A stretch of DNA of 60,972 nt, filler included. It is 4 parts of 4 records of this genome, joined end to end, with 100 filler letters (N's around TTAATTAATTAA, not from the genome) between each part and the next. Parts side by side here need not be neighbours in the genome. Positions count along the whole stretch, not along the records: positions 30,407 to 43,297 come from SRR31156797_7320; 3 more parts are not named here. One strand, given 5' to 3'. Shown here in pieces: positions 30,499 to 40,078 of the stretch. Within the stretch, counting starts at the first letter, position 1; each line of letters begins with the position of its first letter. The notes under the pieces were generated by a model, which searched no databases, had not been told where the DNA came from, and saw only the letters and a program-made list of their open reading frames with translations. A program made the translations under genes and the position numbers.

Positions 30499-32841
30499 AT
30501 GGGAGATGAGAGGTTACCAATCAAATTTTTTGCTCAAAGAGAGGTAGATGAATTAAGAACAGAACCAGGTGGAAACTCCACCCCTCCTAAATGGTTGTTA
30601 ACTGGTAGTGAATTAGAAGAACGTGCTAGTCAATTAGTAAAAGACTTTGATAAATTTGAAATTGCCGTAAAATCAAAGATTGATACTGATTCTATAATTC
30701 CTTTTATTTTTACGGCTAAAATAGACAAAGATTCGACCGCTAAAACCCGTCGAAAAAATATTTCAGATTTGTTTCAAATAAGTAGTAAAAACAATGTTAT
30801 AGGTGTATCGCGCTCAAATAACTTAATTGTACGTATAGATTCCCTTGCTGAAATGAAAGTATTTTCTTCTCGGTTGAGAGATTATGATAAAAATAATTCT
30901 GCAATTTCTTGTTTAGAGGGATTTGAGCAATATGAACCAATTATCGTTGAATGTGATGAAGTTCAAAGCTATAAAGTAAAATTAGTAGATTTTCAGGACT
31001 TTGAACAGAATGTGGCTATACAACGTTTGTTTGAAAAACTATTAAAAAATAAAGGGATTGAATCTCGGAAAACAAATTATTCTGATCAGTTAGTAGTCTA
31101 TAATTTAAAAAACGTCGGAAAAGCTACGCTTGATGGATTGAAAGATAGCGAGGCATCTGATGCTCTTTTATCTATAGAACCAATGCCTAAGTATGTTGTA
31201 TCGCTTGATTACCTAGAAAGTGTAAATCCCGTTGATGTTATTCATCCAAAAGATGATTGTGAATATGTTGCAGTTGGCATTCTTGATAGTGGTATTGCCC
31301 ATATTCCTCATCTTGCTCCCTGGATTGCTGATGACCGCTGGACTGTGTATCCCGAGAACGATTTAGATCTTTCACATGGTACTTTTGTTGCTGGGATTGC
31401 TTCTTATGGGGATTTATGTGAAGGAAAAAAATGGGTTGATCATAAGGGTGTAAAATTATTTGATGCAGCTGTTTTCCCTTCTAATCCTATTGATGAAGAT
31501 GAACTAATAGCAAACATTCAAGAAGCAGTAATTGCAAACCATCAAGATGTAAAGATATGGAATTTATCAGGTAGTGTAGAAGAGCCGGTCAATGATGATA
31601 GATTTTCAGATTTAGCAATTGCTTTGGATTCATTGCAAGATTCTTTCAATATATTGATGTGTAAATCTGCAGGCAACTGTTATAATTTTATGAGCGGCAG
31701 GCCAAAAGGACGAATCCATGGAGGAGCGGATTCTATTCGCTCTTTAGTTGTTGGTTCAATAGCCCATGAAAAAAATGGAAATGATATGGCAGAAGTAAAT
31801 AATCCTTCTCCTTTCAGTCGTGTCGGTCCAGGTCCTGAGTTTATTATTAAACCAGAAATTACTCATTATGGAGGAAATGCGGGTGTAGATGATGCAGGTA
31901 AACTCACTTATACAGGTGTTAGTTCATTTTCACCCGTAGGTAATTTGATTGCTTATTCTGGGACTAGTTTTTCGACACCAAGAGTGGCAAGCCTGGCTGC
32001 AGGGTTATGTGGTGAGCTAGACGAAGAATTTGATCCACTATTGTTAAAATCCCTAATTATCCATTCAGCATCATATCCAGAGGACTTGAAGATTCCTCCT
32101 CATGAACGAACAAAACAACTTGGTTTTGGAGTGCCTAAAACAATTAACGAAATCATATATAATTCACCCTTTGAAGCTACATTGATATTACGTGATAATC
32201 TTGCCAAAGGTGATTTTATTGAGATACTGGACTTTCCAATGCCTACTTGCTTAATTAAAGATGGATATTTTACAGGACAAATAATTGCTACCTTAGTTTA
32301 TGATCCAATTCTGGACTCCTCGCAGGGAAATGAATATTGTCAATCCAATATTGACATTAAATTTGGATCTTATGATGAGAAAACAGAAAGAGACACTGAT
32401 AAAAGAAATATACTAAATCCTGTTGGTAAAAAAGATCCTCAAAATTTACTACTTGGTTCTGTTTACAGTAAGAAAAAAATTAAGCGATATGGAGATATTT
32501 TTGCATTACGGGAACGCTTGTTAATTGAATATGGTGATAAATATTATCCTGTAAAAAAATATGCTGTAAATCTAGAAGATGTTGTAGATTCTAAGAAATT
32601 ATCGCATCTAAAAGAGGACAGTCAATGGTATTTAAGATTAACAGGAGTTTATAGGGATCATATCGAAAGAAAAGCAGCTATTAATTCTTCATCTCTAAGT
32701 CAAGAATTTTGTCTTATTATCACAATTAGGGATTCAACTGGGATGGGAAATGTTTATGATGAAGTGTCTCAAAAACTAGATGAATTTAATTTTTGGCACA
32801 GCAATATAAAACTAAGTAGTGATGTTAGTGTCTCAGTATGA
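30499..32841 (+). CDS. Cytoplasmic S8 peptidase, IetS/Y4bN-like (defence/TA associated)
   Basis: No signal peptide; VGILDSGI, SHGTFVAG, KSAGN, PSPFSRVGPG, GTSFSTP, LLKSLIIHSA, GFGVP. Confidence 0.85.
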   Translation: MGDERLPIKFFAQREVDELRTEPGGNSTPPKWLLTGSELEERASQLVKDFDKFEIAVKSKIDTDSIIPFIFTAKIDKDSTAKTRRKNISDLFQISSKNNVIGVSRSNNLIVRIDSLAEMKVFSSRLRDYDKNNSAISCLEGFEQYEPIIVECDEVQSYKVKLVDFQDFEQNVAIQRLFEKLLKNKGIESRKTNYSDQLVVYNLKNVGKATLDGLKDSEASDALLSIEPMPKYVVSLDYLESVNPVDVIHPKDDCEYVAVGILDSGIAHIPHLAPWIADDRWTVYPENDLDLSHGTFVAGIASYGDLCEGKKWVDHKGVKLFDAAVFPSNPIDEDELIANIQEAVIANHQDVKIWNLSGSVEEPVNDDRFSDLAIALDSLQDSFNILMCKSAGNCYNFMSGRPKGRIHGGADSIRSLVVGSIAHEKNGNDMAEVNNPSPFSRVGPGPEFIIKPEITHYGGNAGVDDAGKLTYTGVSSFSPVGNLIAYSGTSFSTPRVASLAAGLCGELDEEFDPLLLKSLIIHSASYPEDLKIPPHERTKQLGFGVPKTINEIIYNSPFEATLILRDNLAKGDFIEILDFPMPTCLIKDGYFTGQIIATLVYDPILDSSQGNEYCQSNIDIKFGSYDEKTERDTDKRNILNPVGKKDPQNLLLGSVYSKKKIKRYGDIFALRERLLIEYGDKYYPVKKYAVNLEDVVDSKKLSHLKEDSQWYLRLTGVYRDHIERKAAINSSSLSQEFCLIITIRDSTGMGNVYDEVSQKLDEFNFWHSNIKLSSDVSVSV

Positions 32842-32888
32842 TACAACTATTGTTGATGCGTAATATCCTTAACAGTGGCCAATTGCAT

Positions 32889-32924
32889 AAGTAAAGTTGC
32901 TGTAGTACTTCAGCAACTTTACTT
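32889..32924. terminator. Perfect 14-bp hairpin between convergent genes
   Basis: AAGTAAAGTTGCTG-N8-CAGCAACTTTACTT. Confidence 0.55.
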
Positions 32925-32930
32925 TCAGGA

Positions 32931-34307
32931 TTAAGGCCAATGAGCCCTTGCATAATTGTAGGCTTCTTGGCCTGTATATTCTACAGTGGAACCTGGTAAT
33001 CTGACAACGAGCTTATTTTGAAAGTAGCATGGTCCATCTGCTTTCTTGATATCGACTAAACAAACTTCATGAGCATCTATGGTTTCAAAATTGATATCTA
33101 TGAATTTCAAAAAATAGGGACTTGTTTTATTTTTGATTATTTCTGTTAATTTATTCTGATACCCATCTGCATTATCTTTATTTATTCCGAAGTTGCTATA
33201 TTCATGTTCAATCCCTATGATTTGTTTGTTATCACCCACTCCAATAAGCAATGTACCTCCTTCAAAGTTAAGGAAACTACAAATTGCTCTTACAATTTTG
33301 TCTGGTTGTCTACGGGAGTTTTCCCCGCCATATGGGTTAGATAATAAGTATGATTTAAATTCTACTCTATTTCCTTCTCCTTTTTGAATTGCCTGCAAAA
33401 TAGGGGATTCAATGCGTTTCCACTTAGAGCCAGATTCATCAAGAAGAGGTATTTCTTTATTTTTTATGAATGGCTTTAATGCATTTCTAGCTCCGCAATA
33501 TGCACATTCCAATCCGAGTACAAGACGACCACTGGAATCAAACCAAATGCCGTTAACAATCATTGGTCCCTTTCCATCAGAACGTTCACTTTTTTTACAT
33601 TTTGGATGTGCAATCATAAAATAATCTGCATTATCAAATAAAAAATCTGGTTTTTGTGTATCCCAGATTCCATGATGCATAGGATTTCCTGGCATTACAA
33701 GACCCTTCATGTCAAATTCATCTTCTCTCTTGTTGATGCAAACTGGGCATACTAAACTTTGATCATGCCCAAAAGTCACGTTGCTTGGTGTGTTACTTAT
33801 TTCTCTTCCACAATCTGGACATTTCAAAATTTCGGGGTTTGCACGGCAAAGTCCTAAGTATATTGTATAATCACAATCTGAAAATGGGAAATTATATTTT
33901 ATTTCTTTAGGATAAGGCCATTCATAAGAAGGTTTACCTAAACTTTCAATAGAAGCTAAGCTTAAATCTCTAAGATTTATACCATTTATGTTCAAGAATT
34001 CTTCTGAATAATCGGTCGTTTCATACGCATATTTATTGAATATCAAATTGATTTCTTCTTCAGAAAATTGTCCAGCTTCTAATATGGATGTTGTAACTTC
34101 CTCACGACTAAAATTTGGTATTCGATTAAAATCTTTTAACCTATATAGTGTTCTGATAATAAATTCTAGTATAACATTTCTATTTTTTTCTGTGCTATTT
34201 TTAATATTTTTTATTTTAAAATGCTTTTTTTGTTCAATCGTATTTTTTATGTCTAAAATACATTCGTCACACTGAATTAATATCCCATTTTCTTTTTTGC
34301 ATACCAT
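32931..34307 (-). CDS. Schlafen/AlbA_2 domain protein with Cys-rich N-terminal region
   Basis: C-terminal GEGNRVEFKS, ICSFLNFEGGTLLIGVGD, IIGIE; N-terminal CDEC, CPDC, CPVC, CAYC; SD-like GGGAG before the ATG. Confidence 0.8.
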   Translation of the reverse strand: MVCKKENGILIQCDECILDIKNTIEQKKHFKIKNIKNSTEKNRNVILEFIIRTLYRLKDFNRIPNFSREEVTTSILEAGQFSEEEINLIFNKYAYETTDYSEEFLNINGINLRDLSLASIESLGKPSYEWPYPKEIKYNFPFSDCDYTIYLGLCRANPEILKCPDCGREISNTPSNVTFGHDQSLVCPVCINKREDEFDMKGLVMPGNPMHHGIWDTQKPDFLFDNADYFMIAHPKCKKSERSDGKGPMIVNGIWFDSSGRLVLGLECAYCGARNALKPFIKNKEIPLLDESGSKWKRIESPILQAIQKGEGNRVEFKSYLLSNPYGGENSRRQPDKIVRAICSFLNFEGGTLLIGVGDNKQIIGIEHEYSNFGINKDNADGYQNKLTEIIKNKTSPYFLKFIDINFETIDAHEVCLVDIKKADGPCYFQNKLVVRLPGSTVEYTGQEAYNYARAHWP

Positions 34308-34862
34308 TATTTGAATCTCCCACTATAATGGTGAAAATTATCCAGTCATCTCTCAAATATTTTTCTATTTTTTTGGTAATCCTATAAACAAAATATGTTA
34401 TACTAGCACTATCCAGCCAATCTTCTTCGAAGCTCCATTTTCTCCCATTAGTAAAAGGCAAACCGTGGTAATGCAACATAGTAGTCAAACAATCATGTTC
34501 CTGGCGAAGGCAAATAACATTAAGAGGAATATCTGCAATAATCATCCCGGACTCGTGAGTCCAGTTCGTATTTATCTACCCATCTCAAAAGGTTCTCATT
34601 CCAGGCAGATATTGAAGGTGGCTTTTTTCAGGGAAATCTACAAGGATTCTGCAGGAGAACTTGCATCTTTCTAATTAAGAGACGTCTATTTGAGATTTTA
34701 GAGATATTACATAGTAACTTGAAAGGGGATAGGCTTCGGACTTCCATTCTACGATCCCCTACAGAATTGGTTTTTCTGACTTTGATGTATCTAATAGCAT
34801 ACAATCCCCAATATAGATAAAGAAAGGAATACAATAGCATTGTAACTTTAAGGGGATGAAAA

Positions 34863-35819
34863 ATGACTAAAAAACAAATAATAGCGTTTGCATTTATAGC
34901 ATTGACAGTAATCTTTGCATGCGGTTGTATTTCGCTTGAATCGATTTCTTCAGATCTAGTCTCAAACAATTCACATCCAGCTATTAATTCTAATTACACT
35001 ACAGATGATTATTCTGAAGAAATACTTCCAGAGTCTACAATGCCGGCCATAGACCTGAACAACATGACTGTTCACTTTATTGATGTAGGACAGGGTGATT
35101 CTATCCTAATCCAAGTAAATGGAAAGAACATGCTTATTGACGCAGGCGACCAGAAGGCAGGGGACAGAGTTGTATCTTATCTCAAAGACAATGATGTTGA
35201 AGAGCTGGACGTGATAGTAGCCACACACGCGCATGCGGACCATATCGGTGGGATGGTAGACGTATTGAACAACTTCAAGGTTAAGAGGTTTATAGACAGC
35301 TGGAACCCGCATACTTCAAAGACCTTTGAGGACATGCTAATCGAGATTGATGAGAAAGATATACCTTTCAGTCTTGCAGAAAGTGGTCAGACCATAGAGC
35401 TTGACCCATCCGTAACCATCACTGTCCTCAACCCAGGGGAACTCACAGGCAATCTCAACGATGATTCTGTGGTCCTCAAGATGACCTATGGCAGCATATC
35501 TTTCCTATTCACAGGAGATGCGGAGCAGGAAGCTGAAAACAGAATGATTGCTGCAGGATATGATATTGACAGTGATATTCTCAAGGTTGCCCATCACGGG
35601 AGCACATCATCTACATGCACTGAGTTTCTGGAACAGGCTAGTCCTGAAGTAAGCATAATAATGGTTGGTGAAGACAACAGTTATGGACACCCACATCAAG
35701 AAATTATGGATAGACTAAATATATTTGGGTGTGAAATATACAGAACGGACCTTGATGGTGATATTATCGTTAATACTGATGGGAACAAATACACTGTAGA
35801 GATTGCACATGAGGAATAA
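34863..35819 (+). CDS. ComEC/Rec2-like metallo-beta-lactamase-fold hydrolase, lipoprotein
   Basis: Lipobox ACGC; FIDVGQGDS, THAHADHIGG, LFTGDAE, KVAHHGS, YGHPH. Confidence 0.9.
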   Translation: MTKKQIIAFAFIALTVIFACGCISLESISSDLVSNNSHPAINSNYTTDDYSEEILPESTMPAIDLNNMTVHFIDVGQGDSILIQVNGKNMLIDAGDQKAGDRVVSYLKDNDVEELDVIVATHAHADHIGGMVDVLNNFKVKRFIDSWNPHTSKTFEDMLIEIDEKDIPFSLAESGQTIELDPSVTITVLNPGELTGNLNDDSVVLKMTYGSISFLFTGDAEQEAENRMIAAGYDIDSDILKVAHHGSTSSTCTEFLEQASPEVSIIMVGEDNSYGHPHQEIMDRLNIFGCEIYRTDLDGDIIVNTDGNKYTVEIAHEE

Positions 35820-35821
35820 TA

Positions 35822-36052
35822 ATGAATAATGATTTCAAGGTGTCACTAGATAGAGTGGAAGGAAATATCGCAGTTCTTCTTGTGAGAGATGAGGAGTCGA
35901 TTAAAATCGATATTCCTATGTCCCTTCTCCCTGCTGGTTCAAAAGAAGGAGATATTCTGGACATCAACATTGTTAAGGACGAAAAGGAATCAGAAGATGC
36001 AAAGGAGAGAGTTTCATCTCTGTTAGATAAGTTAAAAAACAAAAAAGTATGA
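35822..36052 (+). CDS. DUF3006 family protein
   Basis: LDRVEGNIAVL...LP..KEGDIL; typically follows ComEC-like MBL genes. Confidence 0.8.
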   Translation: MNNDFKVSLDRVEGNIAVLLVRDEESIKIDIPMSLLPAGSKEGDILDINIVKDEKESEDAKERVSSLLDKLKNKKV

Positions 36053-36455
36053 AGGATTAGGTTTGTGGAAAAACGATGAATATGTTTTGATTTATGTGCT
36101 AGGAATCGCGCTATAATTGAGTAAATATATGTATCATTAGTCACCAACACAGTGGTGTGAGAGGGTACGGAATTATAGCGGTGAGCCCATTCCAACCACC
36201 AGCATTACAACGATATTGATAGGAAGCTCTATAGCCCTATCGTCATCAAATAGTTTTTCAAGAATGATCAAAAAAATCACCGACTCCTTAGAAAGGGACA
36301 TTGGATATAAATTTATTGATTTAACACGGATTTTTATATATACAGACGAATATTAGAATGGTCAGAATATTTAAACAAAATCGCTACCACCCATACAATC
36401 AAAATAGAAAAGAAACTGAATAAAAATATAATAGTAGCATCATCTGCACAACTGA

Positions 36456-37910
36456 TTAAAGGAGAATCGCCAAAGCACTAACAATTGGCAAAAGCGGTTT
36501 TGCAATATCTCCAAGGTTCTCGACAATATCACTAATATCCCCGGTGATTGTTTTGGCTTTCTCTATGAATTTGCCACCGTGCTCTTCGGATTTAAGCAGT
36601 TCATCTGCCTTTGTCTTTACCTCCTCTTTTTTATCAGCTTCAATTGGCAGATCCGATAACGTTTCAACCAGATCTTTCACATTCTGTCTCACATCATTTT
36701 CAATCTTTTGAACTATCTGTACATTTTGCTCAACTGCAGTCACTATCTGATGACTGTTGTTCACAACAACACCCGTGGGCTTTATCGCTGCTGTTAAAGA
36801 CACTTTCAGATCATCGAGTTCATCAGTAAGAACTTTAATACTGCTTTTAAGTTCTCTTTCTTTTTTGCAGTTCCTTATAAAAACACCAAGGCTTTCGGTA
36901 GAATTCGTTATTGTCTCCTGATAAGAAGCAGCCTGTGGAAAACCAGATTTTAAGTAGAAATAAGCACCTCTTTCCCATTCTGCTCTTGCTTTCCTGTAAC
37001 TTTCAAGAGAAGATTCCCATTCATCTTTTTCTCTGAAGAATTCCCCTTCAACCAGATACCTATGACCAAGATAATACTGGTAGTCACCCATCTGGAAATT
37101 CAGGACTGATTCCGGCAACTTCCCCCTAGCATCATTAATCGATCTTTCGCATAGCTCACATAATTTTTCTGCTTGCTCTTTGGACTCAAGGAAACTACCT
37201 TTGTCAAAATAATCTTTGTAACCTGAAAAATAATATATTTGTTCGGTAACACTATGATCATTCATGAGTATAGACCTGTAATTATTCACTGTGTCTACGT
37301 CATCAAATAATCTGGGCAAGTCATCGATGATTTCTTCCAAACTAATTATTGCCCTCTGTAAAGGCATTCTTGCATTTCCGTAATTTAATCTGTAAAGCTC
37401 CTCTTTTCCTTCGGAAACCAGTTCCAATGAAGCTGAATAGGAATCAAGTAACTCATAGATAGAATCTTCCGTCATGCCAAAAAGCACACTAAAGTTTGCT
37501 TTCGCATCACCGAAGTTCTTTACCGCTGCACCGGGATTTCTGTTTAGAGCATTGAGCTGACCTAAACAGAAGTCACTATAAGCCTGAGAATGATACAAAC
37601 CTTGTTCTGACAAACTTAGTTCACTACTTATATACTCATAACCGTTTTCATCCTCGTTTGCATCTATATTTTGAAGCAAAGCAGCATATTTGTTATATAA
37701 TGCATCATAAACATTGTTAGCTGAAACAAAATATTTGTGAGCAGATGCAAAATCAAGAGCTGACTGAGAATCGTGTGCCTGTTTAATATATATATCTGCC
37801 AGCTCTTTCAATTTTTCAAAGAAAACAGCCCCTTCTCCACTTAGTTCTGCCTTTTCTTCCGCAATTCCTATTTCTTTAATTAGTAAACTAATCTTATCAG
37901 ATATTTCCAA
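36456..37910 (-). CDS. Hypothetical alpha-helical (TPR-like/coiled-coil) protein
   Basis: 484-aa ORF, TTG start with GGGAGAG upstream; A/Y-rich helical repeats; hydrophobic C-terminus. Confidence 0.6.
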   Translation of the reverse strand: MEISDKISLLIKEIGIAEEKAELSGEGAVFFEKLKELADIYIKQAHDSQSALDFASAHKYFVSANNVYDALYNKYAALLQNIDANEDENGYEYISSELSLSEQGLYHSQAYSDFCLGQLNALNRNPGAAVKNFGDAKANFSVLFGMTEDSIYELLDSYSASLELVSEGKEELYRLNYGNARMPLQRAIISLEEIIDDLPRLFDDVDTVNNYRSILMNDHSVTEQIYYFSGYKDYFDKGSFLESKEQAEKLCELCERSINDARGKLPESVLNFQMGDYQYYLGHRYLVEGEFFREKDEWESSLESYRKARAEWERGAYFYLKSGFPQAASYQETITNSTESLGVFIRNCKKERELKSSIKVLTDELDDLKVSLTAAIKPTGVVVNNSHQIVTAVEQNVQIVQKIENDVRQNVKDLVETLSDLPIEADKKEEVKTKADELLKSEEHGGKFIEKAKTITGDISDIVENLGDIAKPLLPIVSALAILL

Positions 37911-38082
37911 TTAAACTCTCTCCACTATTAGATAATAAAATATTCCATATTAATGATTGAATTATTTACAAATAAGCCTTATTATTCATATCATTTTAAC
38001 AACAAAACAAAAATGTACATCAAGACAGAATAAAAAAACCACATCGTTACATTCATGTACCAAAACCATTCTTTAATTCCAC

Positions 38083-38691
38083 ATGAAGAAGATAGTTATC
38101 ATCGATTACGGACTTGGCAACCTCAGGAGCGTTCAAAAAGGGCTGGAACACGCAGGTGCAAGCGTAATCATCTCAAGCGACCCTGAAGAGATCAAAAGTG
38201 CAGATGGAGTCATCCTCCCGGGAGTCGGGGCTTTTAAGGATGCAATGAAGAATGTCGAGAAGCTCAGAGGCACCATCGATGAATACGTAGCATCCGGCAA
38301 ACCAATGTTTGGTATCTGCCTGGGACAGCAGATGATGCTCAGCACATCAGAGGAAGGCGGTCTCACAGAAGGACTGGACCTTGTAAAAGGAAAAGTTCTC
38401 AGGTTCCCGCACTCCGAACTCAAGGTTCCCCACATGGGATGGAGTGACATAAAGATCACACAGGATCATCCGATTTTTGATGGAATACCAGACGGGACCT
38501 TCGTCTATTTTGTTCACTCATATTATGTGGACACCGGAGAAAAGAACACACTTATATCATGCGAATATGGCACGGAATTTGCAGCCGCCATTGTCAATGA
38601 TGCAGGCAATGTCATAGGCACCCAGTTCCACCCTGAGAAAAGTGGGGATGTGGGGCTAAAAATGCTGGAAAACTTTGTTTCTATGTGCTAA
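38083..38691 (+). CDS. hisH: Imidazole glycerol phosphate synthase, glutamine amidotransferase subunit
   Basis: IDYGLGNL, LPGVGAF, GICLGQQ, VPHMGW, YFVHSY, QFHPEKS. Confidence 0.97.
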   Translation: MKKIVIIDYGLGNLRSVQKGLEHAGASVIISSDPEEIKSADGVILPGVGAFKDAMKNVEKLRGTIDEYVASGKPMFGICLGQQMMLSTSEEGGLTEGLDLVKGKVLRFPHSELKVPHMGWSDIKITQDHPIFDGIPDGTFVYFVHSYYVDTGEKNTLISCEYGTEFAAAIVNDAGNVIGTQFHPEKSGDVGLKMLENFVSMC

Positions 38692-38709
38692 AAGGACAGG
38701 AACGAGAAC

Positions 38710-40029
38710 ATGGATATCGAAGGCTATGCAAAAAGAGGGCTTAAGAACAATGAGCCTGGACTTGAGGACAAACTCACAGCCAGAATACTGGAAGTGAAAA
38801 AAACAAGCCCTGAACACGCGCGCAAACTCGCACAGGCAACCATCACCGAAGCAAAGGCAACCCTTGTCCTGAAAGGCGACGTACTAAAACCCACCGAATC
38901 CGGCGTGACAATGGGAGAATTCGGCGTGGGCTCCAGAGGTCTCGGAGACTTCTACACCCATGAAAAGATTGCCGAGGTCATCGGCAAAACAAAAGCAGTT
39001 GTTGATACCACACACCTTGATGACTCGGGAGTTGTCAGGTCCGACGGAGGAGAATACATAATCCTCACCGTTGACGGCATGCATTCCAGACTTAGCGATT
39101 ATTCATTCCTTGCAGGATTCCACGTTGCAAGGGCAGCACTGCGTGACGTATATGTCATGGGCTCAAGACCCATTGCAATGCTATCAGACATACATGTTGC
39201 CGATGACGGAGACGTAGGTAAGATATTTGACCACATTGCAGGTATCACAGCAGTGGCAGAGCTCTCAAACATCCCCCTCATAACGGGCAGCACATTAAGA
39301 ATTGGTGGCGACATGGTCATAGGCGAGCGCATGACCGGAGCAGTCGGTGCCGTAGGAGTTTCAGCAGACCTCACCTCCCGTGAACAGACACAGGTTGGCG
39401 ATGTAATACTCATGACAGAAGGAGCAGGTGGCGGAACCATATCCACCACAGCCCTCTACTATGATATGCACGATGTTGTTGATGAGACCATCAATATCAA
39501 ATTCCTGGAAGCATGCGATAAACTGCTGGAATCCGGTCTTGTGAAACACATCCATGCAATGACAGATGTCACCAATGGCGGAATCCGTGGAGATGCAAAG
39601 GAAATATCCAGAACCGCTGGTGTTAAGCTCATATTCGAAGAGAAGGATATGAGAAAACTTGTCAATCCGGTTGTCCTTGAAATGCTGGAATCCCTCGAAA
39701 TCGATTATCTGGGAGTATCCCTTGATGCTTTACTTATTATTGCGCCTGAAGAATATGCCGAAGATATTATGAAGACCATCCGAAGTGCAGATGTAGACAT
39801 TGCTGTTATCGGAAAAGTTATAGAAGGCACTGGCTCTGAAATAACAATTGACGGACAGGTAAGGGATTTCACACCACGCTTCCGGGAGTCAGCATACACA
39901 CCTATCAAGAAAATGATTGGTGACGAGAACCCGCGGGATTATGAAGAAATGAAAAAAGCAATTGATACAGCTGCACTCAATGCAATTGAAAAGAAACGCC
40001 GTGTAATTGAAATGATAAAGGAAAAATAA
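38710..40029 (+). CDS. AIR synthase-related (PurM/HypE-like) protein of methanogens
   Basis: MGEFGVGSRGxGDF, VDGMHSRLS, HAMTDVTNGGIRGDA. Confidence 0.85.
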   Translation: MDIEGYAKRGLKNNEPGLEDKLTARILEVKKTSPEHARKLAQATITEAKATLVLKGDVLKPTESGVTMGEFGVGSRGLGDFYTHEKIAEVIGKTKAVVDTTHLDDSGVVRSDGGEYIILTVDGMHSRLSDYSFLAGFHVARAALRDVYVMGSRPIAMLSDIHVADDGDVGKIFDHIAGITAVAELSNIPLITGSTLRIGGDMVIGERMTGAVGAVGVSADLTSREQTQVGDVILMTEGAGGGTISTTALYYDMHDVVDETINIKFLEACDKLLESGLVKHIHAMTDVTNGGIRGDAKEISRTAGVKLIFEEKDMRKLVNPVVLEMLESLEIDYLGVSLDALLIIAPEEYAEDIMKTIRSADVDIAVIGKVIEGTGSEITIDGQVRDFTPRFRESAYTPIKKMIGDENPRDYEEMKKAIDTAALNAIEKKRRVIEMIKEK

Positions 40030-40078
40030 AAAGAAGAAAGGAAATACCTTTCTTTTTATTATACATCCGGTTTTGATC

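Noticed and set aside
34267..34545. 92-aa ORF overlapping the Schlafen gene start, considered as a frameshifted N-terminus or partner
   Set aside because: No recognisable motifs and the Schlafen ATG has its own SD; may be decayed sequence but cannot be supported.
36150..36200. GTGGTGTGAGAGG resembling a group II intron 3' end or a degenerate tRNA/att end
   Set aside because: No domain V catalytic triad stem, no RT gene and no T-loop; the match is too short.
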